Origin: Flavobacteriales bacterium
GTDB taxonomy: Bacteria; Bacteroidota; Bacteroidia; Flavobacteriales; BACL11
NCBI GenBank assembly: GCA_965183885.1
Contig: OZ238992.1
Coordinates: forward strand, 1,572,528 to 1,636,527
Length of the DNA: 64,000 nt
Direction: 5' to 3'
The notes under the pieces are model-generated. The model searched no databases, had not been told where the DNA came from, and worked only from the letters and a program-made list of their open reading frames with translations. The position numbers were made by a program, and so were the translations under genes. This document shows positions 1 to 9,286 of this stretch, one piece after another; the first letter of the stretch is position 1, and the number at the start of each line of letters is the position of its first letter.

Positions 1-1812
1 GTTTATGGAAGGGGGAACAGGAACTCCTGCTAGCGTAGTCCAAACTCCTCCAGGGTCTTCATTTGTTAATAATGTTCCCATGTTAAATGAGTTAGTACTA
101 TTAATGCAAATCTCTTGGTTGTTAGCTACTCCTGAATAAGGAAGAGTGTTAACGGTTGTAGTTAAACTAGCTGTTGATATAGCTCCGTTACAACCTGTAC
201 TGTCAGTAATACTTGTGATAGTATAGGTAGTTGTACTTGATGGAATAAAGGTTATAGGGTTTCCTCCTACAGTACCATTAATATCAAGCGTGTAAGGTGC
301 TATTGCACCTCCTGTATCTAGTAGTAATGTAAAAGGTGGTGTTCCTGTTAATGCAAATCCAAGAGTAACTGTTTCACCTTCACAAATTGCAGTAGCACCA
401 CTAATAGAGATATCAACTGTTGAATTTGGAGTTACAGAAATAGTATCAGTTATATTACATAATGGATGAGTATTGTCATAAGCAAATACCTGTATTTGAG
501 TAGGTACACTTACTGAGACAAGAGGACTTTGTGATGAAGGGTTTGTAATATCAGTAGTTCCTCCACTTGTAAGATTTGACCATGTGTAGTTGTAAACAGC
601 AGATGAAGGACAGCTAACAACAGTGTTGAAACTTCCAGGAACACCCCCAGGGGCTCCTTGCTGTGTAAGTAAATTATTTCCGCTATCAAAAACTTTATAA
701 AGACATTCATTTGCGGCATTACCTAGTGATGTGAATATGGTGCTAAATTGATCGCCATCAGAAACAGGGATAGAGTAAGAAACAGAAGTTGCATTAGCTC
801 CATTAGACATGGTATAATTACTGTATAAACTTGAGTTAATATTGACATCTAAATTATGATAGGTTTGAGGGTTTGTACCTACAGTCCATCCTGGGTTACT
901 TGCTCCTCCAGGTAAGTAGTTCCACAATTCTAAAGTGTAGCTACAGTAGCTTTTAATAGTTGCTTCGGCATTAAGAGTGTCATTAAGTGCACAAGGAATA
1001 TTTGTAACAGAAGCATTTACAGTAGGTTGTTCAACAACTATTGTTTTTGTAGCATAGCAAGTATCATCAACCCAGTTAGAATATACCAAAGAATAAGTAG
1101 TTGTAGCATACGGAGCAACAATAACACTATCTTGAGTGTAACTAGCAGGAATAGCTCCTCCACTCCATAGTGGAGAGTATCCAGTACAAGTTGCAATATT
1201 TACATTGTCTATCCCCCAAAAGTCCCATCCAGTTCCAGAGGCATTAGTTTGTATCCATCTAAATTGAGTAGTAGAAGTTTGTGCAGCTAAAGGTATAGGG
1301 TAGCAATAGTTGTTCCATCCAGTATAAGGATATCCAACAGGGTTAAAGTAGAAAATTTGAGTCCAAACTCCACCAGCAACCTTGTATTGTAAATAAACTC
1401 CTTCGTTAGATTGGTCAGGTCCGTCACAAGTACCCCCTTGAGTTTCTTGTCTAAAGTCGAAACAGATATCTCCCCCACAAGATGCATCTACAGGGATTGT
1501 AGTGGCTGATCTTGGAGTTGGAGATCCAGCACCAAACCATAAGTGTTGCCCTCCATTAGGGTTTGTTCCACAAGGCCCACCAATAGTGTATCCACTAGTT
1601 ACAGATTGCCAGAGTCCACTTAGGGTACTAGCTGTAAAATCATCTGATGAGGCTCCTCCAACTCCAATTTGTTGCAGCTCTAAACTATCACCACAAGAAA
1701 TAGTATCTCTTGAAGATGCAATGTTAGTACTACATTGAGCATTTAATTGAGTAGAAGCAGCTATGAAAAATAAGAATAAAAGATATTTCGAAATAGTAGA
1801 AGTACTGTTCAT
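1..1812 (-). CDS. Large secreted Cys-rich modular surface protein with N-terminal Reelin-subrepeat-like domain and Ig-like modules (partial; runs off window start)
   Basis: Not in the ORF track because there is no stop in the window. Manual translation from ATG at 1812 is open to position 1: MNSTSTISKYLLFLFFIAASTQLNAQC... (signal peptide ending AQ) ...EGVYLQYKVAGGVWT...PLAAQTSTTQFRWIQ...DFWGIDNVNI... The start overlaps the upstream stop (TAATG). Confidence 0.9.
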   Translation of the reverse strand, partial: MNSTSTISKYLLFLFFIAASTQLNAQCSTNIASSRDTISCGDSLELQQIGVGGASSDDFTASTLSGLWQSVTSGYTIGGPCGTNPNGGQHLWFGAGSPTPRSATTIPVDASCGGDICFDFRQETQGGTCDGPDQSNEGVYLQYKVAGGVWTQIFYFNPVGYPYTGWNNYCYPIPLAAQTSTTQFRWIQTNASGTGWDFWGIDNVNIATCTGYSPLWSGGAIPASYTQDSVIVAPYATTTYSLVYSNWVDDTCYATKTIVVEQPTVNASVTNIPCALNDTLNAEATIKSYCSYTLELWNYLPGGASNPGWTVGTNPQTYHNLDVNINSSLYSNYTMSNGANATSVSYSIPVSDGDQFSTIFTSLGNAANECLYKVFDSGNNLLTQQGAPGGVPGSFNTVVSCPSSAVYNYTWSNLTSGGTTDITNPSSQSPLVSVSVPTQIQVFAYDNTHPLCNITDTISVTPNSTVDISISGATAICEGETVTLGFALTGTPPFTLLLDTGGAIAPYTLDINGTVGGNPITFIPSSTTTYTITSITDSTGCNGAISTASLTTTVNTLPYSGVANNQEICINSTNSFNMGTLLTNEDPGGVWTTLAGVPVPPSIN

Positions 1813-2258
1813 TAATAAATATTTAAGTTCGTTAATTGAAATTCTGTTAGGGAAATAATTTTGTCAACCCCAGGCATTTTAGCTAAATCTTCAGTAAATT
1901 TTGAAAAAATACGTAGTGCATTTTGGTTTGTACAATTTCCCTGAATAGTTGTATTTGCAGCAACTATTATTTGTTTGTTAGACTCATCAGAATCTGATTC
2001 ACAGTTAATGCAATTATTGTCATACCATAGTTCTTCTTTCCAGTCTATAGTAATTTTGTTATTGGTATAATTGCTAATCTTTATTACAAGAAACTCACTG
2101 TTAAACTGTTCTGTGTACTCACAATTGGAGTATGTGTATTCGATTTTTACTTGATTGTCTTGGTGGTAGGTAGTCCAATTATTAGAGGTTTGAGCAAATG
2201 TTTGAACTGTACCGAAAAAAGTAAATATTGAAAAAAGTGTAGCAAAGAATAATTTCAT
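1812..2258 (-). CDS. Secreted hypothetical protein (148 aa, 4 Cys)
   Basis: Signal peptide ending TFAQ; TATATTTG promoter-like element upstream; stop overlaps the ATG of the downstream gene. Confidence 0.8.
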   Translation of the reverse strand: MKLFFATLFSIFTFFGTVQTFAQTSNNWTTYHQDNQVKIEYTYSNCEYTEQFNSEFLVIKISNYTNNKITIDWKEELWYDNNCINCESDSDESNKQIIVAANTTIQGNCTNQNALRIFSKFTEDLAKMPGVDKIISLTEFQLTNLNIY

Positions 2259-2284
2259 GGTTTATTTTGAAGTTTATAAGGCTC

Positions 2285-2292
2285 CAAATATA
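2285..2292 (-). promoter_or_regulatory. Bacteroidota sigma-70 -7 element (TATATTTG) for the 148-aa/Reelin-like gene pair
   Basis: Exact TAnnTTTG match 26 nt upstream of the ATG at 2258. Confidence 0.6.
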
Positions 2293-2340
2293 CGAAAAAA
2301 AAGACTTAACTATTTATATTTCTATTTTACTCTTATGCGT

Positions 2341-3066
2341 TTAAAATTTAGTGCAGCTATTCTCTAGGACCCAAGCGGTATTTCCATTAGATAATTTAAT
2401 GTTTATCCACTCACCAATTTGATCAGTTATTATAACTTTTGTACCAGCATGAAGACTGAAAAGTTCGGTGCTATTGCTACTAGGAGCACTAAAGGCTACA
2501 ACTACATCATTAAAAATAATAGCCTGCCTTAAGTTATAATTAGAGTAGGAAGCAAAGCTTAAAGTTAGTAATAAGAGTGATGATAGAATAAGAGGTTTGA
2601 TATAGTTTTTGGAGTTGAAAGGAGTTCTTTTTCCAACTATCCATATTAGTAAAACTAACCAAATAGAAATAAGAGTTAAGTATTGCCAGGTTTTGGTGTT
2701 AAACAAGTTAACTGTTTTTTGCCACCATTTCTTATAAAATAATTGAGGGAGGTCCTCTATTTTATCTATAATCTTAAGTTTAGTTAATGCTAGGTTTTCA
2801 GCAGCTTGTGTAGTATGATTTAGCTTTAGACTTCTTTCATAGTTTAAAATTGCAGCAGCCCAGTTATTTGTTTTATAATAACAGTTTGCAAGATTATAAT
2901 AAAGCTCACTACTAATATATTCAGTTTGTATTATGCTATCATAAAGTAAAATAGCTTCTTGGTATTTCTCACTAGCATATAATTCGTTAGCGCTAATAAA
3001 TAATTGTTCATTTGGTAGCGCAACGATTGAATGTAAGAGTGATATTATAAATAGTATTTTTCTCAT
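2341..3066 (-). CDS. batE: BatE (TPR + TM + SH3-like domain)
   Basis: TPR (LYYNLANCYYK, AILNYERSL), two TM segments, C-terminal LHAGTKV..GEW..I.L.NG..W; last gene of the bat cluster. Confidence 0.88.
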   Translation of the reverse strand: MRKILFIISLLHSIVALPNEQLFISANELYASEKYQEAILLYDSIIQTEYISSELYYNLANCYYKTNNWAAAILNYERSLKLNHTTQAAENLALTKLKIIDKIEDLPQLFYKKWWQKTVNLFNTKTWQYLTLISIWLVLLIWIVGKRTPFNSKNYIKPLILSSLLLLTLSFASYSNYNLRQAIIFNDVVVAFSAPSSNSTELFSLHAGTKVIITDQIGEWINIKLSNGNTAWVLENSCTKF

Positions 3067-4805
3067 TTTAAGGAGGTCTCTACTTCAATTATTATTGTTT
3101 TTGCTTTTTCTAGAATTGTATCCATTTGTGTATTTTTATTACTAGCTGGAGCATATCGAGCAAATTCACATTCGTCAAGCAAAGCAATAAAAGCAGTTTC
3201 AATATTTTTATTAATGGATGATTTATTAAAATGCATATTGATACTTTCTTTTGAAAGCTCAGCAGCATTAACTTTAAATTTGTCAGAGAAATAGCCCCAA
3301 AGTGATTTTTCTATTTCTTCAAAAAACAGATCAAAATCATTGTTCTTTATGCAGTTTTGAGCAGATTTTAATCGTTTTAGTGCAATTTTATTGGCTTTTT
3401 TTGTTTTTGAGCTATTCTTATCACTTTTATTGATGGCTGTATATGCTCTAAATATTAGGAGTATGAGTAGGGGTAGTAAAAATAAGGTTAGGAATAAATT
3501 CTTTGATAATAGTACATCATTTATCTTTTTAAGATTTGTGTTTTTGCTAATATAATGGATATCTTTATTATTACTAACTAATTGCTGATTTTGAGTGTTT
3601 CCATCTTCGTTATTCTTGCTCTTAGTAACTTTAATATTATGGCTGCTTGCTCTTTTGTTTTGATATTTTTTTGTTTTGGTATTAAAAACGCTGAGTGTAG
3701 CTTCAGGAATAGTATATTCCCCTTTATATCTAGGGATTAATAAGTATTCATAGGTTTTAATGCTTCTTTTTCTTCCTCCCTCAAAAATACGTTCACTAAT
3801 CTTTGGGTCATATACCTCAAAGTCAGACGGAAAATTTATTGTTAAGGGTTCTATTAGCTCAAGGTTACCTGTTCCTGTAAGTTTTAGTTTGTAAGTTATG
3901 GCATCATTTGCTGCTATTGTATTATTATCAATACTTGATGTAACGCTTATATTTCCTACAGCACCATTAAAATTATTAGGTGTAGGTTTTGGTAACTCTT
4001 TTACTTTAATGTGTATTGGTTTTGAAGTAATAAATTCATCTTGTGTGGAATATCCTCCTCCAAACATATTTGCAATAGGGTCTCTGCTATTTCGTTTGTT
4101 TTTAACCCGAATACTGCATTTAAGCTCTAAAGGATCAATTATTAATTGTCCTGATTTTTGTGCGGTAAGAACTGACTTTTTTATTGTAGCAGTATTATAT
4201 GGAACACCATTAATCACTTCCCTTTTAAAACGACTGGATGCTTCTAAGTCTTTTGTCCAAAAACCATTGAGTGCAGGAAGGTTTGATGCTACTGTACTTG
4301 CTAAGTCAATTCTAGTGAAAAGCTTATAGGAAACTAGTATCTGTTCTCCAACATAGATATTACTTTTACTTACACTAACTTTAATAAATAGGTTCTCAGT
4401 TAATGACTTTTGTTCTGCTTTTGTTCTCTCACTTGCCTTTACAACTTTTAGTTGTAGGCTCTTACTTTTAATAGTTTTACCATTAACATTGATGCTAGCA
4501 GGGCTAATTGTGTAGTTTCCTTCTTTTGAAGCTTTTAAATAAAAAGTATAAGTTGTTGAGCTTGTATTTTGGCTTTTCCCATTTACATAGCTATAACTAC
4601 TTTGTGTAGATGGGTTGGGACCGCTAAGTACACGTAAACCATTAAATTTTGGAGCTTTAAAGCCATTGCCTTTGGTGTTGATAGTATATTGCACTAGAAT
4701 TTGTTCTCCAGCAATAGCAGGATTTTTGTCAACAGCTACAGTAAGTTGTTGTGCTTTTGCAAATAGACTGCAAAATAAAAATATAATAATACTTATTTTC
4801 TTCAA
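3063..4805 (-). CDS. batD: BatD (oxygen tolerance family)
   Basis: Signal peptide, LSGPNPS, YVGEQI, F.GAVG, FEVYDPK, CEFARYAP motifs; position in the bat operon. Confidence 0.9.
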   Translation of the reverse strand: MKKISIIIFLFCSLFAKAQQLTVAVDKNPAIAGEQILVQYTINTKGNGFKAPKFNGLRVLSGPNPSTQSSYSYVNGKSQNTSSTTYTFYLKASKEGNYTISPASINVNGKTIKSKSLQLKVVKASERTKAEQKSLTENLFIKVSVSKSNIYVGEQILVSYKLFTRIDLASTVASNLPALNGFWTKDLEASSRFKREVINGVPYNTATIKKSVLTAQKSGQLIIDPLELKCSIRVKNKRNSRDPIANMFGGGYSTQDEFITSKPIHIKVKELPKPTPNNFNGAVGNISVTSSIDNNTIAANDAITYKLKLTGTGNLELIEPLTINFPSDFEVYDPKISERIFEGGRKRSIKTYEYLLIPRYKGEYTIPEATLSVFNTKTKKYQNKRASSHNIKVTKSKNNEDGNTQNQQLVSNNKDIHYISKNTNLKKINDVLLSKNLFLTLFLLPLLILLIFRAYTAINKSDKNSSKTKKANKIALKRLKSAQNCIKNNDFDLFFEEIEKSLWGYFSDKFKVNAAELSKESINMHFNKSSINKNIETAFIALLDECEFARYAPASNKNTQMDTILEKAKTIIIEVETSLK

Positions 4806-4806
4806 T

Positions 4807-5541
4807 TTACCAATCTTTTAATACTTTAACTCTTTTTCCTTTAACCTTCTTTTTTTGTAATTCTTCTTGCAAGTCTTTTTCTTGTTGTTGTATAGCTTCT
4901 AGCATTTTCTCAGCATCCTCTTTGGTCATATCCTCTTTTTCTTTGGATTGCTGTTGTTCCTTTTTTTCTTCTTGTTCTTTTTGTTGTTCTTGGTTTTGTT
5001 CTTTATTTAGCTCTTCTTCTTCCTTATTTTCTCCTTCTTTGTCTCCTTCTTTGTCTTCTTTTTTGTCTTTATTATTTTCGTTGTTTTTATCTCCTTCCCC
5101 TTTTTGTTGTTCTTGTTCTTTTTGTTGCTGCTTAATAAGAGTTATATTTTCTCTAGCCTCTTCATCATTAGGATTTAGTCTAAAAGCCTGCTTGTACGCT
5201 TCAATAGCATCATCTAATTTCTGCTCTTTTGTTAATGAGTTTCCTAGATTGTAATATACTTTAGCTAAATCTTCATCAGTTTTTGCATTATCAATTAAGG
5301 ATTTAAATAAACCTGATGATTCTTCATACCTTTCTTGTTTGTATACTGAGTTTGCTAAGTTATAAGAAGCATTGAAATAATCTTGGTCTTTTTCTAAAGC
5401 TTTTCTGTACTGCATCTCAGCTTCATTATAGCTACTATCAGCATATAAATCATTTCCATCTCTTAAAAAGGATTTTTTATTTTGAGCTAAGGTAGCTGTG
5501 CTGCTTATTACTAGCAATAATATGAGTAATATATTTTTCAT
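4807..5541 (-). CDS. batC: BatC (TPR protein with charged low-complexity tail)
   Basis: TPRs (YNLANSVY, YNLGNSL), Q/E/K-rich linker, C-terminal KDW. Confidence 0.88.
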   Translation of the reverse strand: MKNILLILLLVISSTATLAQNKKSFLRDGNDLYADSSYNEAEMQYRKALEKDQDYFNASYNLANSVYKQERYEESSGLFKSLIDNAKTDEDLAKVYYNLGNSLTKEQKLDDAIEAYKQAFRLNPNDEEARENITLIKQQQKEQEQQKGEGDKNNENNKDKKEDKEGDKEGENKEEEELNKEQNQEQQKEQEEKKEQQQSKEKEDMTKEDAEKMLEAIQQQEKDLQEELQKKKVKGKRVKVLKDW

Positions 5542-6575
5542 TATTCCTTGTAAAAATTAATTCGGTTACTCCATTTATTTTTTCTTCCTAAAAGGATTAA
5601 ATCAATAAATAAAAAGAAGAGTGCTATTCCTAAAAATAGTTGGAAACGGTCTTTATATTCTGTAAAAACCATAGTGCCAATTTCTTTCTTCTCCATTTTG
5701 TTTATTTCAGCAAATAATGTTGAAAGCCCAGCCTGTGAATTATTAGCACGAACATAGGTTCCATTACCAGCACTTGCAATTTGTTGGAGCAAGCCTTCAT
5801 TTAATTTACTTACAATGGTATTTCCTTCCTTATCTTTTCTGTATTTAGTTATAACTCCATATTTATTATAAACAGGTATAGGTCCTCCTTTACTTAGTCC
5901 CATTCCTAAGGTGTGAATAAAAACCCCTTCTTCTTGAGCTTTTTTAGCACTTTCAATTGCTTCTTCATCGTGGCTTTCTCCATCAGTAATTATAATGATA
6001 GCTTTGCTTTGAGCATTTTCTTTGTCAAAAGACTCTTTACATAAATCAATTGCCTTTCCTATTTTAGTTCCTTGTGTAGGAATTATATTTGTATTTACTG
6101 TAGATAAAAATAATTTGGCAGCAGAGTAGTCTGTAGTAATTGGTAGTTGTACGTAAGCTTCTCCTGCAAATACAACTAGTCCTATTCTATCTCCTTTTAG
6201 TTTGTCTATTAAACGAGAGATGGCTTGTTTAGCCCTCTCTAGTCTGTTAGGTTTTATATCTTCAGCTAACATGGAGTTAGAGAGGTCAATAGCAATCATA
6301 ATATCTGCACCTTCTCTTTTTACTTCTTCCATTTTTGCACCTACTTGAGGGTTACTAATCCCAACAATAAGAAGGGTGAAAATAAGAATAGTAAGAATGT
6401 TTTTTATTTGTGATCTTTTTTTAGAAAAAGAATGTAAAAGTTCTTTTACTAGTGCAGGGTTTCCAAATAAAGCCAAAGATTTTTTCTTCCATCTATTGTG
6501 TAAGAAAATAGCAATAATTAAAACAGGAACTCCATAAAGGAGGTTTAGAAATTCTATGTGTTCGTACCTTAACAT
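5541..6575 (-). CDS. batB: BatB (VWA domain)
   Basis: MIDAS DLSNSM, PNRLERAK, LPITTDY, ITDGE; follows batA. Confidence 0.9.
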   Translation of the reverse strand: MLRYEHIEFLNLLYGVPVLIIAIFLHNRWKKKSLALFGNPALVKELLHSFSKKRSQIKNILTILIFTLLIVGISNPQVGAKMEEVKREGADIMIAIDLSNSMLAEDIKPNRLERAKQAISRLIDKLKGDRIGLVVFAGEAYVQLPITTDYSAAKLFLSTVNTNIIPTQGTKIGKAIDLCKESFDKENAQSKAIIIITDGESHDEEAIESAKKAQEEGVFIHTLGMGLSKGGPIPVYNKYGVITKYRKDKEGNTIVSKLNEGLLQQIASAGNGTYVRANNSQAGLSTLFAEINKMEKKEIGTMVFTEYKDRFQLFLGIALFFLFIDLILLGRKNKWSNRINFYKE

Positions 6576-7564
6576 TATGGAACTTGTTTTAAATAAGTGA
6601 TTTTGAGTATAAAGCTAATAAATAATAGACCTAAAGCCCATAGTGCAAAAACTCGAAACTCTTCTTTAAGCTTATGAAATTCTGTAACTTCAATTTTTGA
6701 TTTTTCTAGGCTGTCAATATCTTTATAAACTTCCTTTAAAGAGTTGTTGTTAGTTGCTCTAAAGTATTTTCCATCGGTTAAACTTGCAATATCTTGTAAA
6801 GTTTTTTCGTCAATTTTAACTTCAACTTCTCTGTATTGTATTCCAAAAGCAGTTTGGAATGGATAGGGGGCAAATCCTTCTGTTCCAACACCAATAGTAT
6901 ACACTCTAATATTAAATTTTTCTGCAATTTCAGCAGCGGTAAGTGGAGGTACCATTCCACTTGTATTAACTCCATCAGTAAGTAAAATAATTACTTTGCT
7001 TTTTGCTTCACTATCTTTTAGTCGATTTACTGCTGTAGCTAAGCCCATTCCTATAGCAGTCCCATCAGTAATCATACCACTTTTTACATCTTTAAATAGA
7101 TTGGTAAGTACATTGTGATCAGTGGTAAGGGGGCATTGGGTAAAACTTTCTCCTGCAAAAATTACTAAGCCTACTCTGTCATTTATTCTTTTACTGATAA
7201 AATCCATTGCAACATTCTTTGAGGCTTCAAGTCTGTTTGGTTTTAGGTCCTCAGCCAACATACTACTTGATATATCCATAGTAAGTACAATGTCAATTCC
7301 TTCTGTTGTACTTTCTTCCCACTCACTACTAGATTGTGGTCGAGCAAGAGCTATAATAATTAATGCTGCAGCAATTAGCTTTAATAAATAGGGTAGGTGT
7401 CTTAATCTTTGTCGTAGTGTTACTGTTTTGCTGAATGATTTAGTATTAGAAAATAAAATACTACCACTTATATTACCTTGTTTCAGTATATACCAAATAA
7501 GTAGTGCTACAGGAAGTATTAGTAGGTAAAAGAGTTTGCTATTTTCAAAAATAAAACTACTCAT
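6575..7564 (-). CDS. batA: BatA (VWA domain)
   Basis: ALARPQ, MIDAS DISSSM, PNRLEA, DGTAIGMGLATAVNRL, LLTDG. Start taken at ATG 7564 (MSSFIFEN), which overlaps the upstream stop, rather than 7606. Confidence 0.92.
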   Translation of the reverse strand: MSSFIFENSKLFYLLILPVALLIWYILKQGNISGSILFSNTKSFSKTVTLRQRLRHLPYLLKLIAAALIIIALARPQSSSEWEESTTEGIDIVLTMDISSSMLAEDLKPNRLEASKNVAMDFISKRINDRVGLVIFAGESFTQCPLTTDHNVLTNLFKDVKSGMITDGTAIGMGLATAVNRLKDSEAKSKVIILLTDGVNTSGMVPPLTAAEIAEKFNIRVYTIGVGTEGFAPYPFQTAFGIQYREVEVKIDEKTLQDIASLTDGKYFRATNNNSLKEVYKDIDSLEKSKIEVTEFHKLKEEFRVFALWALGLLFISFILKITYLKQVP

Positions 7565-8414
7565 TGTTAGCAATTTTTTTAGTTGCATTAACAAATCCTT
7601 TTGCAAGAGTCATACTTTCTTTATTTTCAGTGTCAATAGGTTTGCTTTTTGCAAACTTTGCTAAGTCGGCCCTTTGTAGTAAGATGCGTAAACTATTGTT
7701 TTGTTCTTTAGTAACCTTACTTTCTAATTCATGTAAAATCTCATCAGTTGCTAATTCAAGTGCAATAAAGTTGAATCTATTCTCAGTATATCTTCGAATA
7801 ATTTCGGAGAGCTCAGTATGATACTCTTTGGTTTTTCCTTCTTGCCAAAGTTGTGCGTCTTCAAGATTTTTTAGAGCTGATAATGCTGTAACTTCTGGAG
7901 CAATTATAACTTTAGGTTTTACTTGTAATGTTTTCTCTCTTTTTATAAAAACATATTTTTTAAGTAAGAAAATAATAGCGGCTAGTAGTATTACACCTAT
8001 AAGCCAAGGCCATATATCACTCCAGCCAATAGGAGCATCCATAACTTCTTTAATGTCGTTTAGTTGAGCGCCTTCTTCAAGTGTTATGCTTGCTACATTA
8101 AGTAATAAACCTTCTGTTTTATTTTGCTCACTAAAATGGAATTCAGGAATATAATAACCTCCGCTATCCCAAGCGGTAATAATAAAATCTTGACTTATTA
8201 ATCCATTAGAGGTGTCTATTTTATTAGCTTTTATAATTTCAACACCGTTTACAATAGTGTCAATATAGTTAGGCCAGTATTTAGTACCGCTTACTTCATT
8301 GCTTATAGTAAAATGGACTTGGTCACCAATAATAATTGCATTAGTATCTAATGTTGCTTTTTGAGCAAAAGCAATACTTTGTATGAATATGAGTATATAA
8401 ATTAATTTTCTCAT
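7557..8414 (-). CDS. Conserved bat-operon membrane protein (signal peptide, single TM, helical C-terminus)
   Basis: Lies between DUF58 and batA; motifs DIK, K.Y.TELSEIIRRY, ADLAKFAK. Confidence 0.8.
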   Translation of the reverse strand: MRKLIYILIFIQSIAFAQKATLDTNAIIIGDQVHFTISNEVSGTKYWPNYIDTIVNGVEIIKANKIDTSNGLISQDFIITAWDSGGYYIPEFHFSEQNKTEGLLLNVASITLEEGAQLNDIKEVMDAPIGWSDIWPWLIGVILLAAIIFLLKKYVFIKREKTLQVKPKVIIAPEVTALSALKNLEDAQLWQEGKTKEYHTELSEIIRRYTENRFNFIALELATDEILHELESKVTKEQNNSLRILLQRADLAKFAKSKPIDTENKESMTLAKGFVNATKKIANNE

Positions 8415-9286
8415 TTTCTTTTCCCTCTTGTTTTAAAGAAGTTAATTAAAGGTTTTACATAATCAGTTCCTGTAGTAATATTAATTAAATCAACTCCACT
8501 TGCAGGAAATAGTTTGTATAATTCTTCAGTTTTTTGTGCTCTATTTTTTGCAAAATCGTCACGAACTTTTTTGTTTGAAGTATCTACATAGATTAGTTCT
8601 TCAGTTTCAGCATCTTGCATAGGAACAAGTCCAATATTTGGCAAGTTATCTTCTCTTTTGTCATGAATTCTTAATGCTACTAAATCATGTTTTTTGCTGG
8701 CAATTTTTAAGGGCTTATCAAATTCTTTGCTTATAAAATCAGAAAGAATAAAACAGATGCTTTTTTTCTTAATTACTGCATTAAAGTATTTCAAAGCTCC
8801 TGCAATATCTGTTCCTTTTCCTTTAGGTTGAAAGGCTAGCACTTCACGAATAATCCTCAGGATATGGCTTTTTCCTTTTTTAGGAGGTATAAATTGCTCT
8901 ATTTCATCAGTAAAGAAGATGACTCCAACTTTGTCGTTATTATTAATTGCTGAAAAAGCTAAAATGGCAGCTAGTTCAGTAGCTAGTTCTCTTTTAAATT
9001 GTTCCTGAGTTCCAAAATTTCCTGATGCTGATACGTCAATAAGAAGCATAACAGTCATCTCTCTTTCTTCTTCAAACACCTTTACAAAAGGTGCGTTGTA
9101 TCGAGCAGTTACATTCCAGTCGATAGAGCGTACATCATCTCCAGGTTGATATTCTCTAACTTCAGAAAATGCCATACCCTTCCCTTTAAAAGCCGTGTGA
9201 TATTCTCCTGCAAAGATATGGTTGGAGAGTCCTTTGGTTTTTATCTCAATTTTACGAACTTTTTTTAAAAGTGCTGAGGTACTCAT
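8411..9286 (-). CDS. DUF58 family protein (MoxR-associated, VWA-like)
   Basis: GEYHTAFKGKGMAFSEVREYQPGDDVRSIDWNVTAR, FEEERE. Confidence 0.93.
   Translation of the reverse strand: MSTSALLKKVRKIEIKTKGLSNHIFAGEYHTAFKGKGMAFSEVREYQPGDDVRSIDWNVTARYNAPFVKVFEEEREMTVMLLIDVSASGNFGTQEQFKRELATELAAILAFSAINNNDKVGVIFFTDEIEQFIPPKKGKSHILRIIREVLAFQPKGKGTDIAGALKYFNAVIKKKSICFILSDFISKEFDKPLKIASKKHDLVALRIHDKREDNLPNIGLVPMQDAETEELIYVDTSNKKVRDDFAKNRAQKTEELYKLFPASGVDLINITTGTDYVKPLINFFKTRGKRK

Noticed and set aside
510-1738. Track ORFs 510..719, 1287..1487 and 1502..1738
   Set aside because: Alternative-frame or antisense shadows of the long open gene 1..1812 on the minus strand.
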